Counted from the stretch's first letter, positions 18,554 to 28,282 are shown. The stretch is DNA of 51,456 nt from an uncultured Alistipes sp. (GCA_937895825.1 CALBKP010000025.1:1-51456), one strand, 5' to 3'. Numbers and translations: made by a program. Notes: generated from the letters alone by a model not told the origin.

Positions 18554-20170
18554 TCATCGTCTGCGTTTCTGTCGCCTATAACGCAGGCGTTGCAGCAGCT
18601 CACGGCGCATAAGCAGTGAGATACGTCTAAACGTAGGCTGGATAACCTTGTCGGGACGTATGTCGCTCACGCGCAACGAGAGGATTATAAGGCAGCCAAC
18701 GGCAACGACAATGAGCCAGCCGTAAATCTCCTTCATCGTCTCGATAAGTGCCTGCACCTGAACCGCTCCAAAGAGTTCGGGGAGCGACATAGCTCGCAGT
18801 GCATCGTTGGCGACACCATCAATCTCCGAGCCAAGAAGCATAGCGTTACGCGTGAGCATAACTTTCATCACACGGCCAATAATCGCTGTGCCGATGACGC
18901 TGGCAAGCGCGGCACTAAACATATTGAGCGTACCTACACCCTGCGTGAAGTGCGTAGGGAAAGGTAGGCGCGTGAGCGACGTGAGGATGACGATGCTGAG
19001 CATTGTATAGCCCACCGAGCGCACAAAGATTGGGAATATCAGTGCCTCGTATGGAATATTGTAGTCGATGGCGAAGTAGAAATAGCCAACGTAGATGAGC
19101 AGCAGCGAGAAGGCGATGACCATCATACGCTGGTATGTCCACTTCTTACGTGCAAACGTGAGCCACGTGAAGCCAGCGCCCACGACCGTACCTACCAAGG
19201 CCACCCAGTTAAGCGATATCATATTCAGCGCATCGTAGCCGAGGATGCCCTCCATCAGAGCGTGCTCGAAGATATGCGACGGGGCAAGCAATATATCGGC
19301 CACGATAGTCATGCCGATAACGATAGGCAATACCTTGAACGACAAGGTCTTAAGCGACACGTAAGGGTGGCGTATGAACGAGGCTCTTAGCAGGTTCATC
19401 GCAAGCGACAGTACGGCGAAGATTGTAGCGTGGCGTATAGGCTCACCCTGCCACCAGTCGTAGTGCTCGCCATAGAGGCATATAAAGAGCACGGACATTG
19501 CCCAGAAGCCCCAGATGACCATACCCAACCAGTCGATGCCCAGCAGCGGCAGGCGCGGCATAACGGCACAACCCTTAAAGAGGGCGAGAACGACAATCCA
19601 CATAAGGAGCAGGAGCACGATGATTGCCCAGTGCATATAGTGCCACGAAGCCCACACCGAGAAGCCTATGGCTGCGATACCCGAGAGCTGTATGCAGCTG
19701 TTGACCACTAGGTAAACATAGGAGAAGAATACCGAGAGGTCGCGCGTGGGTGTTATCCAGAGCTGAATCGTGGAGTTACACTCGAGCGTAGCCCACATAC
19801 GGAAGAAGCCCGCAACGAGCGACACGCCGACAAGCAGCGGCACACTCGTCGTGTGCATAGCCACAAGGTTAGCAGCTATAATCACAGCGAAGCAGGCCGA
19901 CAGAGCGCTCTTGGGACGCACGGCACTACGCAGGCGGAACATTATCGGGAAGAAGAGGGCCATGCCCACCAACGAGGCGTAGCCCGCCATCATTATATCC
20001 TCCTGAAGGAGTGCCGTCGAACCAACCATCTCGCCAGCAGCGGCCATGTAGACACCGCCCGAGAGCTGCACGACGATAACCATCACAACGATAATCCACG
20101 GACGAAGTGCCTCGGGCACAAAGTCCTTCATCTGCGGTATCGAGAATGGCATTATAGGATGTCCACTCAT
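18554..20170 (-). CDS. MFS efflux inner-membrane transporter (EmrB/DHA2-like)
   Basis: About 14 hydrophobic segments; IDWLG motif; downstream of HlyD and TolC genes. Confidence 0.8.
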   Translation of the reverse strand: MSGHPIMPFSIPQMKDFVPEALRPWIIVVMVIVVQLSGGVYMAAAGEMVGSTALLQEDIMMAGYASLVGMALFFPIMFRLRSAVRPKSALSACFAVIIAANLVAMHTTSVPLLVGVSLVAGFFRMWATLECNSTIQLWITPTRDLSVFFSYVYLVVNSCIQLSGIAAIGFSVWASWHYMHWAIIVLLLLMWIVVLALFKGCAVMPRLPLLGIDWLGMVIWGFWAMSVLFICLYGEHYDWWQGEPIRHATIFAVLSLAMNLLRASFIRHPYVSLKTLSFKVLPIVIGMTIVADILLAPSHIFEHALMEGILGYDALNMISLNWVALVGTVVGAGFTWLTFARKKWTYQRMMVIAFSLLLIYVGYFYFAIDYNIPYEALIFPIFVRSVGYTMLSIVILTSLTRLPFPTHFTQGVGTLNMFSAALASVIGTAIIGRVMKVMLTRNAMLLGSEIDGVANDALRAMSLPELFGAVQVQALIETMKEIYGWLIVVAVGCLIILSLRVSDIRPDKVIQPTFRRISLLMRRELLQRLRYRRQKRRR

Positions 20171-20173
20171 CGC

Positions 20174-21208
20174 TTAATACAAGACCTTACATTCGACGTT
20201 CATACCCACGCCGACGCGCTCAAGATCCTCGGCACGATTATCCTCCGTGAAGTCGATGAGTACGGGGATGCGCTGCTCTATCTTGATGAAATTACCCGAC
20301 GAGTTATCCTGCGGCAATATCGACATACTACCGCCTGTGGCACGCGACAGCGAGCGCACAACGCCCTTATATACAACACCTGGCACGGCATCGACCTCGA
20401 TCTCCACCTTGTTGCCAGGCTTGACGTGCTCGATCTGTGTCTCCTTGTAGTTTGCCACAACCCACTTCTCCGATTCATCCACAATGTCAACGATACGCTG
20501 GCCAGGGTGAACGAGCTGTCCTACGTGGATATTCTTCCTGCCCGTAACACCACTACATGGTGCAATGACAACCGTGTACGATAGGTTCAGACGTGCAAGG
20601 TCGAGGGCTGCCTCGGCTACGGCAATGCCCGCATCGTTCTGACCAAGGCGCGTGTTCTGCTCACGGCCTACTGCCTCCACCGAGGCACGCTGCTTGAGGA
20701 GCACCTCGTAGCGAGCCTTTGCCGCCTCGAACTCCGTGCTCATATCGTCGTACTGCTGGCGTGTGACAGCACCATCGGCCAGAAGGTTCTTGAAGCGCTG
20801 GAAGTTACGCTCAGCATTCTCAAGGCGTATGCGTGCCTCCTCGAGCGTAGCATCCGTCACGGCGATATTGCTCTTCGTCGTTGATATAACATTGTGCATG
20901 GCATCTTTATCGGTCGTAGCGTTCTGGTAGCTCGCCTCGGCCTGAGCCAGGCGGAAGCGGAACTCGGCATCCTCGATGATAAGGAGCGTATCGCCACGCT
21001 CGACCCTCTCGTACTCGCCGAAGCGTACCTCCTTGACGAAGCCCTGGATGCGAGCATCAACAGGCACGATGTGCTGCTCGACCTGTGCATTTTCGGTAAA
21101 CTCCACATTGCCCAAGTGTACGAACTTGGCACATACCCACACAATGGCTACGGCCAAGAGAGCTATGGCCAGCACGTTATAAATTCTCTTCTTTGTTCTG
21201 TGTTTCAT
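20174..21208 (-). CDS. HlyD/EmrA-family membrane fusion protein
   Basis: N-terminal TM; TENAQV, IAPCSG, ANYKETQ, NSSGNFIKIEQRIPV. Confidence 0.93.
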   Translation of the reverse strand: MKHRTKKRIYNVLAIALLAVAIVWVCAKFVHLGNVEFTENAQVEQHIVPVDARIQGFVKEVRFGEYERVERGDTLLIIEDAEFRFRLAQAEASYQNATTDKDAMHNVISTTKSNIAVTDATLEEARIRLENAERNFQRFKNLLADGAVTRQQYDDMSTEFEAAKARYEVLLKQRASVEAVGREQNTRLGQNDAGIAVAEAALDLARLNLSYTVVIAPCSGVTGRKNIHVGQLVHPGQRIVDIVDESEKWVVANYKETQIEHVKPGNKVEIEVDAVPGVVYKGVVRSLSRATGGSMSILPQDNSSGNFIKIEQRIPVLIDFTEDNRAEDLERVGVGMNVECKVLY

Positions 21209-21230
21209 GATGTTATCTTATTTTACGGTT

Positions 21231-22547
21231 TTACAATATTCCTGCTGTTGCCTGAAGTTTAGCGTAGCGCACAAGGATAGTGATGCGAGCGTTGGCCAGC
21301 TGAAGCTCGGCATCGAGGAGCTGGTTGGCCGCGTCGATCATATCGGTAATCAGGGCGATGTCGTTGTTGTAACGCTTCTCGATGACGTGGTAGTTGCTCT
21401 GGGCAAGCTCCACACCCTTACGATAGGTGTCGGCAGCAACGAAGGCCTCCTCGTAGCGTATGTAGTCGCTATGTATGGCCAGCGCGAGCTTCTCGCGTGC
21501 ATCGTCGAGCTCACGGCGCGAGTGGTCGGTGGCGATATGCTCACGACGTATGGTACGGTTGGCCTTGTATAGCGACGACAGCTTAAACGACACACCTACA
21601 CCCACATACCAGTAGTTGAAGTTCTTGTTGATGACGGGAACCTCGATGGTGATGGGGCCGTCAAAGTGGTTTGCAGCAATGAGTGCCACACTCGGCCTGC
21701 GCTCGGCACGCGCCAGCTGCTCGGCACGCTCGCCCATGGCCACCTTGAGCTCTCCGCGCTTGAGGTCATAGGCCTTCTCGGCAGCGAGACTCTGCCAATA
21801 ATTCTCGTCAGCAGCCACGGCGAGGGTGTGGTCAACGTCAATGTCGGGGATGATATCCGTTGTGGGGTCGAGGCCTATGGTCGTGGCAATCTCTGTCGAG
21901 AGTATGCGTATGGTATTCTCCACCTCAGTACGTGCCAGCTCGAGGCGCTGCAGGCGAAGCTCGTAGCGCGTGATGTCGTTCTCCAAGGCTACACCCTCGC
22001 GGCAGCGTGCCTCCGTGTCGGCGATAAGCTCCTCGGCGAGGGATATGTTACGGTCGTAGACCTCCTTGATGTTACGCATCTTGCCGAGCTCGAGGTAGAA
22101 GCCCGTGAGCAAGAAGCGCACACGCGAGCGCGTGGCATCGAGGTTGACGCCCGCCATCTCCTGCTTCAAGCGAGCCATGGCGATAGAGTTGGTCACCACG
22201 CCACCGCCATAGATTAGCTGCGAGGCCTCCACAGCGAAGTTATTGCCGAAATGCGGCATCTCGACATTCATGGCGTTCGAGAAATTGCGGTCGGTGAGGG
22301 TACCATTACCCAAGAAGCTCGCCGAGGCCGACACATTGAGGTCAGGCAGACGACCACCCTTGGCCTCCACGACAGCGGCCTCTGCCTCGGCAACAGCCAC
22401 ACGGCTGACTTCGATGCTCTTCGAGTTCTCCTCGGCAAGGGCAAAGAGCTCGTTGATGGTGAGCCTGCGACTCTCCTGCGCCACGACAGAGGTTGGCACA
22501 AAGCCGAGAACTGCACATAGCAGTAGTAATAAAATCTTTTGTTTCAT
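21231..22547 (-). CDS. TolC-family outer-membrane efflux protein
   Basis: Signal peptide; duplicated OEP helical repeats; RLPDLNVSA. Confidence 0.92.
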   Translation of the reverse strand: MKQKILLLLLCAVLGFVPTSVVAQESRRLTINELFALAEENSKSIEVSRVAVAEAEAAVVEAKGGRLPDLNVSASASFLGNGTLTDRNFSNAMNVEMPHFGNNFAVEASQLIYGGGVVTNSIAMARLKQEMAGVNLDATRSRVRFLLTGFYLELGKMRNIKEVYDRNISLAEELIADTEARCREGVALENDITRYELRLQRLELARTEVENTIRILSTEIATTIGLDPTTDIIPDIDVDHTLAVAADENYWQSLAAEKAYDLKRGELKVAMGERAEQLARAERRPSVALIAANHFDGPITIEVPVINKNFNYWYVGVGVSFKLSSLYKANRTIRREHIATDHSRRELDDAREKLALAIHSDYIRYEEAFVAADTYRKGVELAQSNYHVIEKRYNNDIALITDMIDAANQLLDAELQLANARITILVRYAKLQATAGIL

Positions 22548-22682
22548 TCTGCTGTTAACTTATTGTTTATGATTATGTTGACTAATAAACACTGGACACG
22601 ACGACACAGCCATCGGCACCTCACTCGAAGTGTCGATTGCAATGTGTGATAGCTCGGCGGCTACGCTATGATAACAGGGGTA

Positions 22683-22775
22683 TTACGACTCCCAGTTTGT
22701 TGAGATGTTACGCGATAGAGCGTTCGCAAAGCGAACGAAGTAAAATGTTGGGGTACAGTATTTTATATCTCTCAT
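22683..22775 (-). CDS. Possible 30-aa leader peptide upstream of efflux operon
   Basis: ATG 22775 to TAA 22683: MRDIKYCTPTFYFVRFANALSRNISTNWES, just after the promoter. Confidence 0.3.
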   Translation of the reverse strand: MRDIKYCTPTFYFVRFANALSRNISTNWES

Positions 22776-22805
22776 TATGGGTGGAACACTGTATGTATTC
22801 CACTG

Positions 22806-22813
22806 CAAAGATA
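22806..22813 (-). promoter_or_regulatory. -7 element (TATCTTTG) for efflux operon
   Basis: CAAAGATA on + strand, about 260 nt upstream of the tolC start. Confidence 0.6.
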
Positions 22814-22866
22814 CAACTTTTTTTTAAATTAGTAGAGAGGAGTGAGTTGTTAAATGGCAACTAAAT

Positions 22867-23009
22867 GGGTAGTTTGAGAGTTGTTCGCACCTAAAGGTGC
22901 TAAAGGGTTGTTCGCGGGCGTTGCCCACTAAATGGTGGTGGAAAGTGTTTTGTCTTACCATCATCTAACAACCAACCCAAAACACCTAACTACCCTTTCT
23001 ACTACTCTT
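22867..23009. repeat. Right copy of degenerate inverted repeat element
   Basis: Three colinear blocks reverse-complementary to 18402-18505. Confidence 0.85.
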
Positions 23010-23158
23010 TAGCGCGTAGCGCGGACAACTCTTACTCCTCAACTACCCTCCTCCCCCTCTCGTGTTCCAACCGTGCTGTTAACAACACTGTTTATAACTG
23101 CGAAACAACTATTAATAAATAGTCGCGCGCGAGATGTTGTCATTTACCATAAAATACG

Positions 23159-23166
23159 TAATTTTG
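23159..23166 (+). promoter_or_regulatory. -7 element (TAATTTTG) for dnaB
   Basis: TAnnTTTG match 22 nt before the ATG. Confidence 0.6.
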
Positions 23167-23188
23167 TGGTTGCTTAAATCGGAATACT

Positions 23189-24751
23189 ATGGCAAAGCAA
23201 TATAAGAAAGCATCAGAAAACAACAGCGAGGCTTTTGCACGCATGACTGGCATCGACGGAACGGTACCCCCTCAGGCCACGGAGCTTGAGCAGGCGGTGC
23301 TTGGTGCGTTGATGTTGGAGAAGGATGCCATCATCGACGTACAGGAGTATGTCAAGGTTGAGACCTTCTACCTCGAGGAGCACCGCATAATCTTCAAGGC
23401 CATTCAGGACCTGTCGTTCGATATGAAGGCCATCGACCTCTACACCGTAACCGAGCGCCTCAAGGCACAGAAGGAACTTCAGAAGGTGGGAGGTGCGGCA
23501 TACCTCGCCGAGCTCACGCAGAAGGTGGCATCGGCGGCACACGTGGAGTTCCACGCCAAGATTATCGCACAGAAGTATGTGCAGCGCGAACTCATACGCT
23601 CGGCCACAGAGATTGAGCGTCGCTCCTACGACGAGGAGGTCGACGTTACGGAGCTCATAGGCTTTGCCGAGCAGGAGATATTCCGCGTGTCGGAGGGTAA
23701 CGTGAAGCGTTCGGTACTCTCGGCCTCGGACATCCTTCGCAAGGCGTTGGCACAGATAGAAGAGGCATCAAAGACGGCGGGCGAGTATAACGGCGTGCGC
23801 TCGGGCTTCACCGACATCGACAGCGTGACGCTCGGCTGGCAGCCCTCCGACCTTATCATCATCGCAGCACGTCCCTCGATGGGTAAGACCGCCTTTGTGC
23901 TTACGATGGCGCGTAACATGGCCGTAGAGTTCAAGACCCCCGTGGCGTTCTTCTCTTTGGAGATGTCGTCAGTGCAGCTTATGAACCGACTCATAGTTGC
24001 AGAGACGCAGCTAAACTCCAAGGACCTGCGCACTGGTAACCTCACGGCGGCGCAGTGGACACACCTCGAGAAGAATACCGTGGAGCTTGGCCGCGCACCA
24101 CTATATATCGACGACACGCCAGCACTCTCGGTCTACGAGTTCCGCTCAAAGGCACGCCGCCTAAAGACGCAGCACGACATACAGCTCATCATCATCGACT
24201 ACTTGCAGCTCATGACTGCCGCCACGCCAGAGACACGTGGCAACCGCGAGCAGGAGGTATCACTTATCTCACGCACGCTCAAGGCCATCGCCAAGGAGCT
24301 CAACGTGCCCATCATCGCCCTCTCGCAGCTCAGCCGTAACGTCGAGAACCGTGGTGGCACAAAACGTCCGCAGCTCTCCGACCTCCGCGAGTCGGGAGCT
24401 ATCGAGCAGGATGCCGATGTTGTAGCCTTCATCCACCGCCCCGAGTACTATGGCCTCACGGTCGACGAAAACAATATGCCCACGGCGGGTATGGCCGAGA
24501 TTATCATCGCCAAGCACCGTAACGGCGAGGTTACCGACGTGCCACTACGCTTCATCAAGGAGCAGGCTAAGTTTGCCGATGCCGACGCTTCGGTAACAGC
24601 AACAGCAATGAACGACCGTGGCAACTACCAGCGCGAGGAGAGCTACGACGACTACTCGTCAAGCGGCTTTGCCCCCATGGGCTCAGCACCGAGCGGCATG
24701 TCGGGTGGCAGCTCGGGCGTACCCAGCGAGTTCGATATCGCCCCATTCTAA
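23189..24751 (+). CDS. dnaB: Replicative DNA helicase
   Basis: AARPSMGKT, FSLEM, IDYLQL, LSQLSR, DLRESGAIEQDAD; no intein. Confidence 0.98.
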   Translation: MAKQYKKASENNSEAFARMTGIDGTVPPQATELEQAVLGALMLEKDAIIDVQEYVKVETFYLEEHRIIFKAIQDLSFDMKAIDLYTVTERLKAQKELQKVGGAAYLAELTQKVASAAHVEFHAKIIAQKYVQRELIRSATEIERRSYDEEVDVTELIGFAEQEIFRVSEGNVKRSVLSASDILRKALAQIEEASKTAGEYNGVRSGFTDIDSVTLGWQPSDLIIIAARPSMGKTAFVLTMARNMAVEFKTPVAFFSLEMSSVQLMNRLIVAETQLNSKDLRTGNLTAAQWTHLEKNTVELGRAPLYIDDTPALSVYEFRSKARRLKTQHDIQLIIIDYLQLMTAATPETRGNREQEVSLISRTLKAIAKELNVPIIALSQLSRNVENRGGTKRPQLSDLRESGAIEQDADVVAFIHRPEYYGLTVDENNMPTAGMAEIIIAKHRNGEVTDVPLRFIKEQAKFADADASVTATAMNDRGNYQREESYDDYSSSGFAPMGSAPSGMSGGSSGVPSEFDIAPF

Positions 24752-24786
24752 GCAGACCTCATTACTAATTACTAATCAATAAGGTA

Positions 24787-26325
24787 ATGTTCGTCAAGGT
24801 ACATACAGGTGCGATTGCAGGCATCGAGGCTGTGAATGTCACCGCCGAGGTAAATGTTGCTGGCGGAGGCATCGGACTCTTTATCGTGGGACTTCCTGAC
24901 AACACCATCAAGGAGAGCCACGAGCGCATACAAGCCGCCTTCGAGAACTCGGGGTATAGGCTCATTGCCAAGAAGACAGTAGTCAACCTTGCCCCTGCCG
25001 ACCTGCGCAAGGAGGGTTCGCAGTACGACCTGCCTATCGCTGTGGGCATACTCACCGCCACCGAACAGATAGCAGCGGATATGCTCGACGACTCGATGTT
25101 CATTGGCGAGCTGTCGCTCAACGGCAACTTACGCCCCGTAAAGGGCGTTCTGCCGCTGGTGGCCATGGCACGCGAGATGGGCTTTAAGCGCGTCTTTATG
25201 CCCCAGGAGAATACGGCTGAAGGTGCTGTTGTCGAGGGCATCGAGTGCGTGGGTATCCACTCGCTCGTGGAGCTCTGCGAGATACTCACTGGGCGCATGC
25301 CATACACCCCTGCCAAGCACACATACACGGAGGATAACACGGAGGCATTTAGCGAGTATGCCGAGGACTTTGCCGACGTTAAAGGACAGGTGTATGTCAA
25401 GCGTGCTCTCGAGATTGCCGCAGCAGGCGGACATAACGTAATAATGGTGGGAGCCCCTGGCTCGGGTAAGACGATGCTTGCACGCCGCATGCCTACGATC
25501 ATGCCCCCGATGACGCTCGAGGAGTCGCTCGAGACGACAAAGATACACTCCGTGGCCGGTAAGATAGGCTCGGAGCGTGGCCTCATAACCACACGTCCAT
25601 TCCGCGCGCCGCACCACCTAACATCGCAGGTGGCCCTCATCGGCGGAGGCCAGTCGCCACAGCCTGGCGAGGTATCGTTGGCAAATAACGGCGTGCTCTT
25701 CCTCGATGAAATGCCCGAGTTTGGGCGCAACGTTCTCGAGGTGCTACGCCAGCCGTTGGAGGATCGGCACATCACCATCTCGCGTGCCAAGTACTCGGTG
25801 GACTACCCCGCGCACTTCACGCTTGTAGCCTCAATGAACCCCTGCCCTTGCGGCTATTACAACCACCCCACGAAGGAGTGTACCTGCTCGGCTGCCGCCG
25901 TGCATCGCTACATGGCGCATATCTCAGGGCCACTGATGGACCGTATAGATATGCATATCGAGGTCGTGCCAGTATCCATCGCCGAGATGTCCACAACGGA
26001 ACGTGCCGAGTCGAGTGCCGAGGTACGTAGGCGCGTTGTTGCAGCGCGCGATATTCAGCTACGCCGCTTCGAGGGTCTCGACATCCACTGCAACGCCATG
26101 ATGAATAGCGCCATGCTCCGCCGCTTTGCTCCGCTCGACAAAGCCTCGTCCGAGCTACTGGAACGCGCCATGGGTAGACTAAACCTCTCGGCACGCGCCT
26201 ACGACCGCATAATCAAGGTGGCACGCACCATTGCCGACCTTGAGGGTGCGGAGGACATTACGCCTGCACATGTCTCTGAGGCCATAGGCTACCGCTCGCT
26301 CGACCGCGAGAACTGGGGACGATAG
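24787..26325 (+). CDS. comM: YifB/ComM Mg-chelatase-like AAA+ ATPase
   Basis: NLAPADLRKEG, GAPGSGKT, RPFRAPHH, LFLDE, MNPCPCG, LSARAYDR. Confidence 0.93.
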   Translation: MFVKVHTGAIAGIEAVNVTAEVNVAGGGIGLFIVGLPDNTIKESHERIQAAFENSGYRLIAKKTVVNLAPADLRKEGSQYDLPIAVGILTATEQIAADMLDDSMFIGELSLNGNLRPVKGVLPLVAMAREMGFKRVFMPQENTAEGAVVEGIECVGIHSLVELCEILTGRMPYTPAKHTYTEDNTEAFSEYAEDFADVKGQVYVKRALEIAAAGGHNVIMVGAPGSGKTMLARRMPTIMPPMTLEESLETTKIHSVAGKIGSERGLITTRPFRAPHHLTSQVALIGGGQSPQPGEVSLANNGVLFLDEMPEFGRNVLEVLRQPLEDRHITISRAKYSVDYPAHFTLVASMNPCPCGYYNHPTKECTCSAAAVHRYMAHISGPLMDRIDMHIEVVPVSIAEMSTTERAESSAEVRRRVVAARDIQLRRFEGLDIHCNAMMNSAMLRRFAPLDKASSELLERAMGRLNLSARAYDRIIKVARTIADLEGAEDITPAHVSEAIGYRSLDRENWGR

Positions 26326-26386
26326 CTGGAGGCAGATATGTCATCGTAAATAATATAACATTGATAACTTATTAAATCTACAACCC

Positions 26387-27625
26387 ATGCGAAAATTATT
26401 TAAGTACTTAGTTTTGTCGGTATTGGCTTTGACATTGATTTCGTGCGAAGACAACGACAATAACACACAACAACCCAACGTCGACAGCAACCTCTGGGGC
26501 ACAACCTACTCTCACGCTAACTTGGGAGCATATCCCGATATCTACTCCAAGTATTGGGTCTATGCCTACAACATCACAGATAATCCCAACGTTGGACTAC
26601 GCCTAACGGGACTCTATCCACAGGCTCGCTTCTTCAGTTTCTCTATCTATAACGACCTGAAGGGCGAGGTCATTGATGGTCTTGACGATGTAAATGTAAC
26701 GCCCGACGATGGCTGTATCAACCCATATAACACCACCACAGATAGCACCAACAACAGTTTTACGATATATCTCGTTAAAGAGGGTACGGATCTTTCGTTG
26801 CTTTCAAACGTAAAGGAGGAGAACGTGTGCTACTTTAACGATGCTGTTGAGTGTGTGAGCATCTGTCTGCGCCAATACCTCGGTGAGGGTGAGTATGGCG
26901 GCGTGGAGCTACCAACGATCGAAGGTGTAGACCTAACCACGGGTGCAATCGTTGATGCACCCAAAGCCGTTACATCGAAGGCTACCATTATGAAGGATGG
27001 CAACTTTGTGCCACTCGAGTCAGACCAATCAACTGAGGTACCATTCCTCTTATCACCACGCGGAGATTACTTCCCGAATAACTCTACCGACTACCTATAT
27101 TGCCGCACACAGCTGACCACTGACCATGTCCTCACATTTAGTTTCATTCCAGCACCCATACCTACATGTGTCGAGGAGTACCAAGACGCTAAGGCTCGAT
27201 ATTGGTCAATATGCATAGGCTCGGTGATGAACACCTACTCATATTGTTCATTCTACGACCGTATGTTGGAGTATGAGGATGGCAAGAAGATTACCGTGGC
27301 TATCGTTTCGGCCAATAATGCCAAACTTGCCGATGTTAAGAGTGCAGTGCAGAAGATACCATACAGCTATCTCATGGAGTGGGACGAGGAGCATCTCGAC
27401 AATCAGGGAAGAAAGATTAGTGATATAATCACGGTATTGTATCGCAATATACTCCCAGATAGGACATGGCCATATTCTATGAGCACCATGACCCCCACAC
27501 CTTATGGTGATCCTTACAACAGCATCACCGACCCCGACAAGCAGATGGCGCATAAGGCACTGGGCGACTACGGTCCACTGGGTAAGAAGTACACAACAGA
27601 TGAGTTCTTGCAGCTTTACAAATAA
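26387..27625 (+). CDS. Uncharacterised lipoprotein
   Basis: Lipobox LISC followed by acidic EDND surface-export-like stretch; YPQARFFSF and RYWSIC motifs. Confidence 0.75.
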   Translation: MRKLFKYLVLSVLALTLISCEDNDNNTQQPNVDSNLWGTTYSHANLGAYPDIYSKYWVYAYNITDNPNVGLRLTGLYPQARFFSFSIYNDLKGEVIDGLDDVNVTPDDGCINPYNTTTDSTNNSFTIYLVKEGTDLSLLSNVKEENVCYFNDAVECVSICLRQYLGEGEYGGVELPTIEGVDLTTGAIVDAPKAVTSKATIMKDGNFVPLESDQSTEVPFLLSPRGDYFPNNSTDYLYCRTQLTTDHVLTFSFIPAPIPTCVEEYQDAKARYWSICIGSVMNTYSYCSFYDRMLEYEDGKKITVAIVSANNAKLADVKSAVQKIPYSYLMEWDEEHLDNQGRKISDIITVLYRNILPDRTWPYSMSTMTPTPYGDPYNSITDPDKQMAHKALGDYGPLGKKYTTDEFLQLYK

Positions 27626-27653
27626 AGTATAGTAGGTTGCAGTCCATAGAGTA

Positions 27654-27684
27654 GACCCCAGAAGTTTTCCGAGCTTCTGGGGTC
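27654..27684. terminator. Hairpin, probable terminator (possibly bidirectional)
   Basis: GACCCCAGAAG/CTTCTGGGGTC 11-bp stem. Confidence 0.7.
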
Positions 27685-27720
27685 ATTCGTTTATATATCA
27701 GCAAAAATTGCATGCAGGAT

Positions 27721-28010
27721 ACTACCTCAAACTCTCACATAGCAACGCATAGGAAAGCAGATAAGCACCCTGCAGAGTACGCACTACAGTAGACTCACGT
27801 TACCACTAACACCCACTTCACAACATGCAGGTATGGGATAAGCACCATGTAGAATATGCGCGACAGTAAACACGCGTTACTACAAACTCCCACTTCACAA
27901 CATACAGGTATGGGATAAGCACCATGTAGAATATGCGCTACAGTAAACACGCGTTACTACAAACTCCCACTTCCCAACATGCAGGTAAGAGGATAAGCAC
28001 CCTGTAGAAT
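27721..28010. repeat. Non-coding 77-bp tandem repeat, about 3.7 copies
   Basis: Units start at about 27721, 27800, 27877 and 27954; GATAAGCACC at 27760, 27837, 27914 and 27992. Confidence 0.92.
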
Positions 28011-28282
28011 AAATGTGCTGCGCAACCTTATCCTCTCACGTGGGGGACAGCATTGCGCAGCACTGGGACACACTCAAATATTACATTAACCAAATATATC
28101 TTTGCTGCATATCGACCTTACGACCGACAGCCTTGCTTCAACCAAAATTCCAACCCTAACCATGGGTTGGGCTTCGTCACCTTCGACTTTGCCCGAGGGA
28201 GAAAAAGACGAAAAAACTAATATCTCATTCTTTCTGCGTCGGCCACAAAAAATAGTAGCCACTCCTCCCCATTTCTCTACTG

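Noticed and set aside
22637..22864. 75-aa plus-strand ORF
   Set aside because: TTG start, no recognisable features, and it overlaps the efflux promoter and leader on the opposite strand
18402..23009. Phase-variable invertible promoter
   Set aside because: The repeats enclose the whole operon plus its promoter, so inversion would not switch it off; repeats are degenerate and no invertase is nearby
24765..25790. 341-aa minus-strand ORF
   Set aside because: Antisense shadow of comM with no independent motifs
24787..26386. Genomic island integrated into comM
   Set aside because: comM is full length, with no duplicated att fragment or recombinase seen
27721..28010. CRISPR array
   Set aside because: Whole 77-bp units repeat with no unique spacers, and no cas genes are in the window
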